Source: Bdellovibrionota bacterium
GTDB taxonomy: Bacteria > Bdellovibrionota_G > JALEGL01 > DATDPG01
NCBI GenBank assembly: GCA_963668355.1
Contig: OY764265.1
Coordinates: 2,321,742 to 2,385,741, forward strand
Direction: 5' to 3'
DNA length: 64,000 bases
How positions within the stretch are numbered: the stretch's first letter is position 1; the number at the start of each line of letters is the position of its first letter. The notes under the pieces are model-generated. The model saw only the letters and a program-made list of their open reading frames with translations. It made no database searches and was not told the DNA's origin. Positions 19,615 through 28,653 of the stretch are shown piece by piece. The translations under genes and the position numbers were made by a program.

Positions 19615-19644
19615 TTGGCACTGACCTTCCCAAGGAGAGGAGGA

Positions 19645-19660
19645 GCAAGCCCTGTGCCAA
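19645..19660 (-). promoter_or_regulatory. Sigma-54 promoter for the PAS-HK-REC, hybrid HK and REC-Cys operon
   Basis: Minus strand reads TTGGCAC-agggc-TTGC, a perfect consensus. Lies about 30 nt upstream of the ATG at 19614, with a GGGAAGG RBS in the leader. Confidence 0.5.
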
Positions 19661-19903
19661 GGCTCTCTTGAGGAAGTTCAAAAAAATATATAAATAACAA
19701 TAGGTTAGCTTGTTTTTCTTTTCGGAAGGAAGGTCGTTTTTACCCTGCCGGGGTTAAATTTGACCTGGGCGAATTCAGTGGCCATGAGCGTAGAGACGAG
19801 AGAAGTTGCGAAGGGGAAGGGGTTTGGAGAGAGGGTTTTTTTTGACCCATGTTAAACTCTCCTTAACTTGAGTTTAAGAAAGTTGAAATGTACGATACCT
19901 AAA

Positions 19904-21361
19904 ATGGCTAGCAGTTTAAAGGACTTAGAGTCGGAGAACTCCTCTTCCTCCTCCACTGAATCTCCTGTGGGTACGGTCGTCTTGGTGGATGATGAACGCC
20001 CTCTTTTGAAATCCATTGATCGGATTTTGAAAAACGCCGGGTGGCGCGTTATTGCCAAAGACGATCCTTTGCATGTTCTACCTCTATTGGAGAATCCGGA
20101 TATCGATCTCGTTTTGACAGATGTTCGAATGCCCGGGATGACGGGGGTTGAATTGTGTCGACAGGTGAAGGAAAAAAGACCCGATATCGAAGTCGTCGTG
20201 ATGACGGCTGTGGGCTCTATCGACATCGCTGTGGAAGCCATGAAGGCGGGTGCTTATGAATTTTTGACCAAGCCCTTTGAATGCTCGGATGTCGTCACTG
20301 TGGCCTTGCTCAATGCTCTAGAAAGAAAACGTTTAACCAATCGGAACCGATTTCTCGAAACACAACTCGATGTAAATAATCGCTTTGAGAACATCATTGG
20401 TTCCAGCGCTCGGATGAAGAAGGTTTTTCGTTTAATTGAAAGTGTAGCCAACTCGGATACCAGTGTTTTGATTCAAGGTGAAAGCGGAACCGGAAAAGAA
20501 CTTGCGGCGCGTGCTATTCATGAAAGAAGTGAGCGGCAAAAACGTCCTTTCTTGGCTGTGAATTGCTCGGCCTTCACGGAGACGCTATTGGAGAGTGAGC
20601 TGTTCGGTCATATGAGGGGAGCCTTCACGGGAGCTACGAATTTTCGAAAAGGTTTGTTCGAAGAAGCCAATGGGGGCACACTTTTCTTGGACGAAATCGG
20701 AGAAATGGTTCCTTCCCTTCAATCCAAAGTGCTTCGGGCGATTCAGGAGGGGGAGATCAAACCGGTTGGCTCAAATGAAATTCGAAAAGTGGATGTGAGA
20801 ATCATTGCGGCTACGAATATGGATTTGCCCTCTGCAGTCAAAAGTGGGACGTTCCGAGAAGATCTCTACTATCGCATAGACGTGGTTCGGATTGACCTTC
20901 CTCCTCTGAGGGATCGGGAAGATGATATTCCCATGTTGATTCAGCACTTTTTTCGGAAGCATGCGAAGCGAATGAAGAAAAATGTCACGGGGATTGAATC
21001 CTCAGCACAGTCTTTGTTGCGATCTTACCGGTGGCCGGGAAATGTTCGACAATTGGAAAACGTGATTGAACGTGCTGTGGTGTTGACCGGATCTGAAAAA
21101 ATACAACCTGAGGACCTTCCTGAGAGTATCTCCAGCCTTTCTTTCCCCAATAGCTCAGAGCAAAAAACGTATGACATGCCTTTTTCTTCCGCTAAGAAAC
21201 TTGTGGTGGCGGGATTTGAAAAAAAATATGTCGAGGATGCGCTCTCTCGTTCCGGAGGTGTGATTGCCGAAGCCGCTCGATTGGCTGGATTGGATCGAAG
21301 CAATTTTCGTCGATTGATGAATCGCTACGAAGTGGATGCCCAAGATTTTCGAATTGACTGA
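19904..21361 (+). CDS. Sigma-54-dependent response regulator (NtrC family), second copy
   Basis: REC (VVLVDDERPLLKSI...LTDVRMPGMTG). AAA+ domain (GESGTGKELAARAIHERS, ESELFGHMRGAFTGA). HTH (EAARLAGLDRSNFRRLMNRY). The track start at 19868 is a TTG; ATG at 19904 is preferred. Confidence 0.9.
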   Translation: MASSLKDLESENSSSSSTESPVGTVVLVDDERPLLKSIDRILKNAGWRVIAKDDPLHVLPLLENPDIDLVLTDVRMPGMTGVELCRQVKEKRPDIEVVVMTAVGSIDIAVEAMKAGAYEFLTKPFECSDVVTVALLNALERKRLTNRNRFLETQLDVNNRFENIIGSSARMKKVFRLIESVANSDTSVLIQGESGTGKELAARAIHERSERQKRPFLAVNCSAFTETLLESELFGHMRGAFTGATNFRKGLFEEANGGTLFLDEIGEMVPSLQSKVLRAIQEGEIKPVGSNEIRKVDVRIIAATNMDLPSAVKSGTFREDLYYRIDVVRIDLPPLRDREDDIPMLIQHFFRKHAKRMKKNVTGIESSAQSLLRSYRWPGNVRQLENVIERAVVLTGSEKIQPEDLPESISSLSFPNSSEQKTYDMPFSSAKKLVVAGFEKKYVEDALSRSGGVIAEAARLAGLDRSNFRRLMNRYEVDAQDFRID

Positions 21362-21367
21362 TCTTTC

Positions 21368-22000
21368 TTAGAGTTCGTTCCCATAGATTTCGAAAAAATG
21401 ACTGATGTCGACGTCTCCCAACGTGAGTTTTTCTTTCTCATGTCCTCTTGGATACAGTTGAGCCGTCATGATGCTGGCTTCATCCGTACTATGATCTGGG
21501 CCAAACAACATATGTCCGGCTTCGTGGAGAACCACGGACCGGATGGAATAGACATCTCCGGTTTCAGGTCGTCCTCGCACGTAATTGGAATCAAACTCGA
21601 ACAGATAGATGTCGGCATCTCGAATGGCTGTGGCGCCTTTTAAGAAAGTTCGAGCGAGGGGACCCGTTCCAGCTCGAGCGGGAGGGGCATTCGGAGCGTC
21701 AATGTTTCCAATTTGATTTGTGGCGAGTACGACATTTTCATCCCAGGTATAGGCAGGGTCCAATTGGTCTTCTTGTAGATCCTTGAAACCATCAAACACA
21801 AAGACTTGGGTTTGAGTCGCAGTATTCCACTCCTCAAAGGCCGCCTTAATTTCTTCGTGGTACTCGGAAGGGATGGAAGAAGAGATTTTATAATGAATGG
21901 GAAGGCGATCAAAGCGGAGAGCTGAATCGCCTTCCACATTCAACGGTGCAAATCCACACCCGCCCAACGTCAACAACAACAACAACACAGCAACTACCAT
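21368..22000 (-). CDS. Lipoprotein with a metzincin-like zinc-protease motif
   Basis: Signal peptide and lipobox (MVVAVLLLLLTLGGCGF). HEAGHMLFGPDH motif (HExxH + G + H) followed by a Met-turn-like SIM. Confidence 0.6.
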   Translation of the reverse strand: MVVAVLLLLLTLGGCGFAPLNVEGDSALRFDRLPIHYKISSSIPSEYHEEIKAAFEEWNTATQTQVFVFDGFKDLQEDQLDPAYTWDENVVLATNQIGNIDAPNAPPARAGTGPLARTFLKGATAIRDADIYLFEFDSNYVRGRPETGDVYSIRSVVLHEAGHMLFGPDHSTDEASIMTAQLYPRGHEKEKLTLGDVDISHFFEIYGNEL

Positions 22001-22336
22001 GCTCCTTTACATTCACAAGTTTCGTACCAAAGAGCGTCGAAACCGCGAGACGGCTAAGCCCCTTTTTTTATTTAGGAAATTTTTCCAACACCAGGGACCC
22101 AGCAAGTCTTCAATAAATACTGAGGTGCTTTTGACTTAAAACCCGACTTCAACTCCGATAAGAACGCTTTTAGGAAGGGGTGAAAAAGACCGGACGGCGT
22201 GAGAATGACCCCCCTTCTACGTATACGAAGGGGCAGGGAAGATTATGTGACGAAACCTACTCTAGGTAAAGGTTTGCCATCCCTACAGTGATGTAGAGTG
22301 TTTCAAGCGTGAAACTTTCGGGAAAGGGCTCGGAGA

Positions 22337-23500
22337 TTAGGTAAGCAGCTCTTGGATTTGTTCGGGGAGTTGCTTCTGCAGAGCTTCCTTTGTGCAATAT
22401 TGAGAAAAGCCGGCTTCAAAAGCCATTGTTTTGAATTTTTCCTCCGTGTGTCCACTCAGAAGAATCACGGGGACCTCTCGTAGAACAGGGTCTTGTTTTA
22501 GTTTCCGGCAAAGATCATATCCACTGAAATCACCCATTTCAGCATCGAGAATGATGAGGTCGGGTAACCACTCTTTAGCAAAAGAAATGAGCTGGTTGGG
22601 ATCATTGAGGGTTTCAATCGTCCAATCTCGATCTTTCATGGAATGTTTCACCATCAGGAGCGCAAAACGATCATCATCCACGGCTAAGATTCGCTTGGGC
22701 TCGGCTTCACGATTCGGGCTGGGTTGAATGGGCAGGTTTTCGGGGGAAGAAGATTCGTCTTTCATGGTGATTTCTTTCTTTCTAATGTCTTGTTTGATGG
22801 ATGCAAGAAGTTGTAGCAACCAAAATCGAAGTTTTTTCTGATGCACTGAAATGGTTTTTGAGTTCGCCAAACGGCATTCCCGTGTTTCCGTTTCGAGATG
22901 TTCGGCGATCTTGGCGACTCGGTCCAAGCGGTAACATCCGGCAGACCCTACAATTTGATGACATTTCAGTTCCATGGCAATGAGGAGATTGGGGAGCTTT
23001 AAATCGTAGCTGACCATATGGAGGATACGTACCCACTCATTGGCCGTGTGTTCGAGGTACTCGAGATAGGCGAGTTGAAGGTTCGCATAATTGGTCTCGG
23101 GTTCCAAATACGGAAAACATAGCCCCAAGGTTTGTTCCAATTTTTTTCGGAGAGCTTGCCCTGAAAAGGGTTTGGGGAGAAAGCCTTGGACTTGCCAGTC
23201 TCTCAACAACTTTACCTGAGGGTGGTTTCCCTTGAAAAAAGCCGAAATGAGTAAAATTGGAAGTTCTTCCGCAGGAAAGCGCTTTCGAATCTCATAAGAA
23301 AGCTTTTTTCCACTGGTATCTCCAAGAACGGCGTCGAGGATAAGGAGGTCGAAAGATTCCTGGTCAATTTTTTCAAGGGTTTCTTTGCCCGATCCGCAGC
23401 CGATGCAGTGAAAATTACTCGAATCGAGGTGGAAACCGATCAAATCGACCATGGCTGGGTCATCATCAATCACAAGGATCTTGGGCTTTAGATTCATCAT
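22337..23500 (-). CDS. REC-HPt-REC phosphorelay protein
   Basis: Two receiver domains (KILVIDDDPAMVDLI...LILDAVLGDTSG and RILAVDDDRFALLMV...IILDAEMGDFSG). They flank an HPt-like helix (LKCHQIVGSAG). Start at 23500 or 23497, after a GGAGAG RBS. Confidence 0.8.
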   Translation of the reverse strand: MMNLKPKILVIDDDPAMVDLIGFHLDSSNFHCIGCGSGKETLEKIDQESFDLLILDAVLGDTSGKKLSYEIRKRFPAEELPILLISAFFKGNHPQVKLLRDWQVQGFLPKPFSGQALRKKLEQTLGLCFPYLEPETNYANLQLAYLEYLEHTANEWVRILHMVSYDLKLPNLLIAMELKCHQIVGSAGCYRLDRVAKIAEHLETETRECRLANSKTISVHQKKLRFWLLQLLASIKQDIRKKEITMKDESSSPENLPIQPSPNREAEPKRILAVDDDRFALLMVKHSMKDRDWTIETLNDPNQLISFAKEWLPDLIILDAEMGDFSGYDLCRKLKQDPVLREVPVILLSGHTEEKFKTMAFEAGFSQYCTKEALQKQLPEQIQELLT

Positions 23501-23522
23501 CACTCTCCAGAACCATATCAAG

Positions 23523-23537
23523 GCAATTTTTGGGCCA
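23523..23537 (-). promoter_or_regulatory. Candidate sigma-54 promoter for the REC-HPt-REC gene
   Basis: Minus strand reads TGGCCC-aaaaa-TTGCC. It lies about 25-35 nt upstream of the ATG, so the TSS would fall downstream of the track's longer start at 23521. Confidence 0.45.
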
Positions 23538-23751
23538 GCCTTGCATGGGAGGGCGTAAATCTGAGAAAAATCTAAAATATTTCAAGTAGTTGAGTTTCTT
23601 GAGAGAGGTGAAGCTCTTCCCGATTAAAATATTCAATCAGGTCAAATCCACCCCAGCTTTATAGGGGGAAACGAATCAGATCCAAAAGATGTTTGAAAAA
23701 TGGTTAAGAGATTTTTTACACACCCAATATTCCTGTTACACTTTGCGCTCT

Positions 23752-24534
23752 ATGAAGGAGAAACGCGTAGAAGGGAGGGGCAAATTGGGTCCAAGGAGGG
23801 CATTGGTCTTGGATGGTGGAGGACCATCCAGAAACATCGAACAAGATTTGAAATTGGCGGCGAGGGCGTTGAATTGCGATTCGGTGTCAACCAAGAACGC
23901 AAATGACTTTTTTCTACGATTGAAAGAGGAGGCCGAAGCGTTTGATTTCATTGCACTGAATCCTTCGGCTGAAGGATTTAATGTGGAAGAGACGTTGAAC
24001 GTTTTTCAACAATTGGAGTCGCGGGGCATTCCTCCGGTTCTCCTTGTAGGGGGAGGGAAGGGGCACCTCTATGATTTCGCGAAAGCCTTTAGCATTTCGG
24101 CTGAATTCGATGAAAAAACGAGTGTTTATCAGATGGGCTTCGTGCTGAATCAAATCTTTTTCCCCTGTTTTCTTGAAAAACGCGAATGCGCTCGAACGCC
24201 TTTGGAGCTTGATGTGGAGATGGACTTTGGAAAGGGCTTACCCAAACAAAAGACCAGAATCTTGAATATCAGTGCTGGGGGCGCCTACGTTCAGACGGAT
24301 CGGACCTATTCTGAACGTTCTTTGGTCAATTTAACCATTCACCTACCCAGTGAAATGGACCCGGTCGAATGTACGGGGCGGGTGGTATACAACCAGGAAC
24401 CTCAGCATGGTTTCCCCGAAATTCGGCCTCAGGGAATGGGTGTTCATTTTGAAGGGATCAACTTTTCGGATGTCACTCGGCTGAAGATTCTCGTGGACGC
24501 GAATCTAATGCCATTCCACCTCTTGAGGCTTTGA
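23752..24534 (+). CDS. PilZ-domain protein with an N-terminal degenerate receiver-like region
   Basis: C-terminal PilZ signatures: RECAR (RxxxR) and NISAGGAYV (D/NxSxGG). The N-terminal about 130 aa have a REC-like pattern without the phospho-acceptor motif set. Confidence 0.6.
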   Translation: MKEKRVEGRGKLGPRRALVLDGGGPSRNIEQDLKLAARALNCDSVSTKNANDFFLRLKEEAEAFDFIALNPSAEGFNVEETLNVFQQLESRGIPPVLLVGGGKGHLYDFAKAFSISAEFDEKTSVYQMGFVLNQIFFPCFLEKRECARTPLELDVEMDFGKGLPKQKTRILNISAGGAYVQTDRTYSERSLVNLTIHLPSEMDPVECTGRVVYNQEPQHGFPEIRPQGMGVHFEGINFSDVTRLKILVDANLMPFHLLRL

Positions 24535-24605
24535 ACGAGAGTCATCCATTCATTTACACTTGGCAATTGACAGGAAAGAACTCATTTCAGTACTGTCCGG
24601 CGCCA

Positions 24606-25940
24606 ATGTCACGCAAGCTATATATGGAGACCTACGGTTGTCAGATGAATGATTACGAGTCGGATCGTACGTATCGCTTGCTTCATGGGACGCAAGGCTA
24701 CGAGTGGACGGATCAGCCTGAAGAGGCCGACTTGGTTTTGTTCAATACCTGCAGCATTCGGGAAAAAGCGGATCAAAAGGCGCTTTCTTCTCTGGGGCGA
24801 TTCAAGCAACTCAAGCTTAAAAAACCTGAAATGGTGGTTGCGTTTGGGGGCTGTTTGGCTCAATCCCAAGGAAATGAAATTCGTGAGAAATTTCCATATG
24901 TTGACTTGGTGTTTGGAACCCATCAGTGGAACTCTCTTCCCAAGCTTATTGAGCAGGCTCGTTTGCACCGAAACCGAATGCTGGAACTGGGATTCTATGG
25001 ATGGCAGGACTTTGGATTCATGCCTCATCACGACTCGTCTTTAAAATATCCGGTGTCGGATGTGGTCACTGTTCAAAATGGTTGCGATAAGTTTTGTACG
25101 TATTGTGTGGTTCCCTTTACGCGAGGCCGACAAATCAGCCGCCCGCCGGCGGAGGTGCTTCAGGAAGTTCAAGCCTTGGTTGACCATGGGGTAAAGGAAA
25201 TCACTCTTTTGGGGCAAAACGTGAACGCTTACGGAAATGATCGAAGTTCGGAGACCTCGTTTGTGGACCTTCTCAAAAGGGTGGGCGAGGTGAAAGGCCT
25301 AAAAAGGCTTCGATTCATGACGTCCTATCCCACGGAGTTGACGCCCGAAATGGTGGATGAAATGGCTCAAAATCCGGTGATTTGTGAGCACCTTCACTTC
25401 CCACTTCAAAGTGGTTCGGATCGAATCTTGCGCAAAATGCGACGAGATCATAGCGTCAAGCAATATCGAGAAATTATAAGATATCTAACTGAAAAAATAG
25501 ATAATATTTCAATTACAACGGATATGATTATCGGTTTTCCCTCCGAGTCTGAAGAAGACTTTGATGCCACCTTGAAGGCTTTGGAGGAGTTTCGGTTTGA
25601 TGATAGTTTTTCCTTCGTTTTTTCTCCGAGACCTCATACCAAAGCGGAGAAGTGGCCCTCTGAGTTTGTGGATGGGGAGGTTTCCAGGAAACGTCTGGAG
25701 GTCTATCAAAAGCGGCAAAATGAGATCAAAATCGAAAAAAACCGAGAGGTTTTGGGAAAAGAAGTGGAGGTTTTGATTGAAGGAGAATCAAAACGGGGGG
25801 AGGGACGTCTTTTTGGCAAGACGAGAACCTTTAAAACAGTTAATTTTAAAGGACCGAAATCCTGGATTGGAATGGAAAAAAAGGTGCGTGTTAAAGAGGT
25901 TTTGCATCACACGCTGAGAGGAGAAGCCATTGTTGACTGA
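24606..25940 (+). CDS. miaB: tRNA-2-methylthio-N6-dimethylallyladenosine synthase
   Basis: MTTase N-terminal domain (YMETYGCQMNDYESD...FNTCSIREKA). Radical-SAM CxxxCxxC (CDKFCTYCVVPFTRG). C-terminal TRAM domain. Confidence 0.9.
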   Translation: MSRKLYMETYGCQMNDYESDRTYRLLHGTQGYEWTDQPEEADLVLFNTCSIREKADQKALSSLGRFKQLKLKKPEMVVAFGGCLAQSQGNEIREKFPYVDLVFGTHQWNSLPKLIEQARLHRNRMLELGFYGWQDFGFMPHHDSSLKYPVSDVVTVQNGCDKFCTYCVVPFTRGRQISRPPAEVLQEVQALVDHGVKEITLLGQNVNAYGNDRSSETSFVDLLKRVGEVKGLKRLRFMTSYPTELTPEMVDEMAQNPVICEHLHFPLQSGSDRILRKMRRDHSVKQYREIIRYLTEKIDNISITTDMIIGFPSESEEDFDATLKALEEFRFDDSFSFVFSPRPHTKAEKWPSEFVDGEVSRKRLEVYQKRQNEIKIEKNREVLGKEVEVLIEGESKRGEGRLFGKTRTFKTVNFKGPKSWIGMEKKVRVKEVLHHTLRGEAIVD

Positions 25941-25941
25941 G

Positions 25942-26448
25942 ATGATTGTGACGGGTCTTGCTGTCGATGGAGAGACGAATGCGCCTTATGTGGTTTTGGA
26001 GACGAAAAACGGACAGGCTTCATTTCCCATTTGGATCGGCGTTTTTGAAGCCAGTGCCATTGCCATGAAACTTGAGGGACTGGCCGTTGCCCGTCCGCTG
26101 ACGCACGATCTGGGGGCAGAACTTCTTCGTTCCCTGGGAGGAGAGCTGGTCCGCATTGAGATTGTGGATTTGAAAGAAAACACCTATTACGCCCATCTCA
26201 TGGTGAAGGCCAAAGATGGGAAGGTGGCTCGAATTGATTCCAGGCCCTCTGATGCCATTGCTTTGGCTCTTCGATGTGATGCGGCCATCATGGTTGAGGA
26301 TAAGGTGATTGAAAAGTCTGGGCGTGCTGAACGAACGGGGAAGTGGAGAAAAGCCCAGACCGGGGGCGGACCCGAGCCAAAGAAGCCGGATTGGAAAGAG
26401 GTTCTCCAAAATCTTTCGGACGAGGCCTTTGGCAAATACAAAATGTAG
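25942..26448 (+). CDS. Bifunctional nuclease family (DUF151/BFN-like) protein
   Basis: PIWIGVFEASAIA...ARPLTHDL...RIDSRPSDAIALALR matches the BFN-family pattern as recalled from memory; no search was run. Confidence 0.55.
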   Translation: MIVTGLAVDGETNAPYVVLETKNGQASFPIWIGVFEASAIAMKLEGLAVARPLTHDLGAELLRSLGGELVRIEIVDLKENTYYAHLMVKAKDGKVARIDSRPSDAIALALRCDAAIMVEDKVIEKSGRAERTGKWRKAQTGGGPEPKKPDWKEVLQNLSDEAFGKYKM

Positions 26449-26457
26449 GTAGATTTC

Positions 26458-26964
26458 ATGAATATTGTGAGCGTGCGTGGGCAGGAACCCAGATGGGCCT
26501 CTTCGGTGTTTTTGGCCGAAGGAATCACCTTGGTTGGAAACGTGGAAATTGGAGAAGATGCCAATATTTGGTTTGGAAGTGTGCTTCGCGGCGATGTTCA
26601 TTCCATACGGATTGGCCAAAGAACCAATATTCAAGACTTGACCATGGTGCATGTGACCGAGGGTACAGCTTCAACCTTTGTAGGAAGTGACGTTACGGTG
26701 GGGCATCGGGTCATCCTGCATGGATGTTCAATTTCTGACCGTGTCTTGGTGGGTATGGGGGCCATTCTTTTAGATGGTGTCGAAGTGGAGAGCGATAGTA
26801 TGATCGCGGCCGGATCTCTCCTGACTCCTGGAACGAAAGTCCCTTCTGGAGTGATGATGATGGGAGCCCCAGCCAAGGTGAAACGAGAGTTGACCGCAGA
26901 AGAGATTCAAGGCATCAGAGAATCGGCAAAGCACTATGTGGATTTGTCCAAAGAGTACATGTAA
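26458..26964 (+). CDS. Gamma-class carbonic anhydrase family / hexapeptide-repeat protein (YrdA/PaaY-like)
   Basis: Left-handed beta-helix hexapeptide repeats (IGEDANIWFGSVLRGD..., VGHRVILHGCSISDRVLVGMGAILLDGVEV) of typical length. Confidence 0.8.
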   Translation: MNIVSVRGQEPRWASSVFLAEGITLVGNVEIGEDANIWFGSVLRGDVHSIRIGQRTNIQDLTMVHVTEGTASTFVGSDVTVGHRVILHGCSISDRVLVGMGAILLDGVEVESDSMIAAGSLLTPGTKVPSGVMMMGAPAKVKRELTAEEIQGIRESAKHYVDLSKEYM

Positions 26965-27413
26965 TGGCGAAGATCAGAGGACTTAAGAAGTGTAAATTGT
27001 TTGGCGATATGAATTATCGCGAGCTGGCCATATTGGCCCCTTTTGTCACGGAAGCCGAAGCGTTGCCGGAGGTTCAGGTGGTGGCAGAAGGAGAGCCCAC
27101 CCAAGGACTCATCATTATTAAACAGGGGACCTTGCGTCTGGCGTGTAAGGATGTCGAAGGTTCTTATGTAGATTTGGGTCCGGGAGATTTCTTTGGAGAA
27201 TTAAGTCTTTTGGATGGGGGAAACTCCCGAGCCGTACAAGCGATGGCCACGGAGCCTTGTTCCTATTTGCAAATGACCCCCAAGGCGTTTAGCGAACTTC
27301 GTGAGCGACACCCAGAAATTGCTGGAAAAATGGCCATTCAAGCAGCTGAAAATACAGCAGAAAACGTAAAACAAGCTCAGGAAGAAATTAAACGTCTTCT
27401 TAAAACGGCTTAG
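26964..27413 (+). CDS. Stand-alone cyclic-nucleotide-binding (CAP-effector) domain protein, no HTH
   Basis: FGELSLLDGGNSRAVQAMATEP matches the cNMP phosphate-binding cassette (FGE...R.A). 149 aa with a short helical C-terminal tail. Confidence 0.75.
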   Translation: MAKIRGLKKCKLFGDMNYRELAILAPFVTEAEALPEVQVVAEGEPTQGLIIIKQGTLRLACKDVEGSYVDLGPGDFFGELSLLDGGNSRAVQAMATEPCSYLQMTPKAFSELRERHPEIAGKMAIQAAENTAENVKQAQEEIKRLLKTA

Positions 27414-27448
27414 AATTGCGGAAAAAAATCTTAGCCTCTTGAGTCTCG

Positions 27449-27478
27449 TTGACCGGGGAGAGGGCCTACGCTATAAAT
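27449..27478 (+). promoter_or_regulatory. Near-consensus sigma-70 promoter
   Basis: TTGACC-N17-TATAAAT, about 30 nt upstream of a CAAGGAG RBS and the ATG at 27510. Confidence 0.5.
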
Positions 27479-27509
27479 GCTTCCCACCAACTCTTACAAG
27501 GAGCGCTTC

Positions 27510-28574
27510 ATGTCTAAGCACGTCGTCCACGTCGTTGGAACCGGAACCATCGGTGAACCTTTAGTCGGACTTTTGACGGATTTTCGAAAAGATCTGGGGA
27601 TTGATGAGGTGACGTTTTCCAAAAAACAAGCCTTGATGCACGATCGCTCCAAGGTCTGGGCCCTTTTGAAAAGGGGAGCCAAATTCGCTTGCGATCCCGA
27701 AATGATCGAATCGTTCAAAGAAATTGGCGTGGAAACCAATTATACGTTTGATGAGGCCTTGGCGCAGGCTTCTGTGGTGATCGATTGCACGCCCGTTGGA
27801 AATCGGATGAAAGACGAGTTGTATAAAAAGTATGAATCCACGACCCGTGGCTTTATTGCACAAGGAAGTGAATTCGGTTTTGGAAAACCTTATGCACGGG
27901 GAATTAATGATGAGGCCCTAACCCCAGACGATCAGTATATCCAGGTCGTAAGTTGCAATACGCATAATTTATCCGTCTTGATCAAAACACTTGGCTTGGA
28001 TGGCGGGAAGGACCCTCAAGGATTGAAAGAGTCTCATTTTGTCTGTTGCCGAAGAGCCAACGATATCAGCCAAGATAGTGGATTCTGTCCTGGGCCGTCC
28101 GTCAATGCGCACAAGTACGAGAGGTTTGGGACGCATCATGCGAGAGATGCTCACAAACTGTTTGAGACGTTGGGCGTGGATGTGAACGTCTTTTCCTCCG
28201 CCATGAAGTTCAATTCCCAATACATGCACACCATTTGGTTCCATATTGTCCGAAATCGCCCCATCACGAAAGATGAGGTAATTGAACGACTCAAAGCCGA
28301 TGATCGGATTGCGCTCACGCATAAGACCAGCTCCAATAAAGTCTTCAGTTTTGGAAGGGATCATGGGCATTTTGGTCGAATTTTGAACCAAACCGTCGTG
28401 GTGGAGTCGAGTTTGGAGGTGATCAATGATCGTGAAATCCTGGGTTGGTGTTTCACACCCCAAGATGGAAACTCTCTTTTGTCCTCTTTGGCAGCCACCG
28501 AATTCTTTCTTCATGGAAATGAATATGATCATAATATTCAGTGCTTAGGTCGTTACTTCTTCAATGAGGTTTAG
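27510..28574 (+). CDS. Type II (archaeal-type) glyceraldehyde-3-phosphate dehydrogenase-like NAD(P)-dependent dehydrogenase
   Basis: N-terminal Rossmann motif VHVVGTGTIGEPL. Active-site-like VVSCNTHNL (the SCNT motif typical of type II GAPDH). Length 355 aa. Confidence 0.55.
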   Translation: MSKHVVHVVGTGTIGEPLVGLLTDFRKDLGIDEVTFSKKQALMHDRSKVWALLKRGAKFACDPEMIESFKEIGVETNYTFDEALAQASVVIDCTPVGNRMKDELYKKYESTTRGFIAQGSEFGFGKPYARGINDEALTPDDQYIQVVSCNTHNLSVLIKTLGLDGGKDPQGLKESHFVCCRRANDISQDSGFCPGPSVNAHKYERFGTHHARDAHKLFETLGVDVNVFSSAMKFNSQYMHTIWFHIVRNRPITKDEVIERLKADDRIALTHKTSSNKVFSFGRDHGHFGRILNQTVVVESSLEVINDREILGWCFTPQDGNSLLSSLAATEFFLHGNEYDHNIQCLGRYFFNEV

Positions 28575-28653
28575 TAAATAGAGCTTGACGAATTGTCAGA
28601 AAAGTGTTAAAAACCCGACACTTAAACACGTAATTCCAACAAAGAAGAGGTAG

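Noticed and set aside
19615-19631. Plus-strand TTGGCAC-tgacc-TTCC resembling a sigma-54 promoter pointing at the second NtrC-type gene
   Set aside because: The -12 element lacks the essential GC dinucleotide (TTCC). The convincing sigma-54 site here is on the opposite strand (19645-19660).
21965-21992. caacaacaacaacaac trinucleotide repeat, and a poly-Ser-coding stretch in the secretin at about 3430-3500, checked as possible tandem repeats or CRISPR-like arrays
   Set aside because: Both are in-frame coding low-complexity stretches (a Leu-run of a lipoprotein signal peptide, and a Ser-rich secretin linker). No direct-repeat/spacer architecture exists anywhere in the window.
23531-23545. Plus-strand TGGGCC-agcc-TTGCA as a sigma-54 promoter for the downstream PilZ gene
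   Set aside because: The GG-to-GC spacing is one nucleotide short of consensus. The minus-strand element at 23523-23537 fits correctly and serves the REC-HPt-REC gene.
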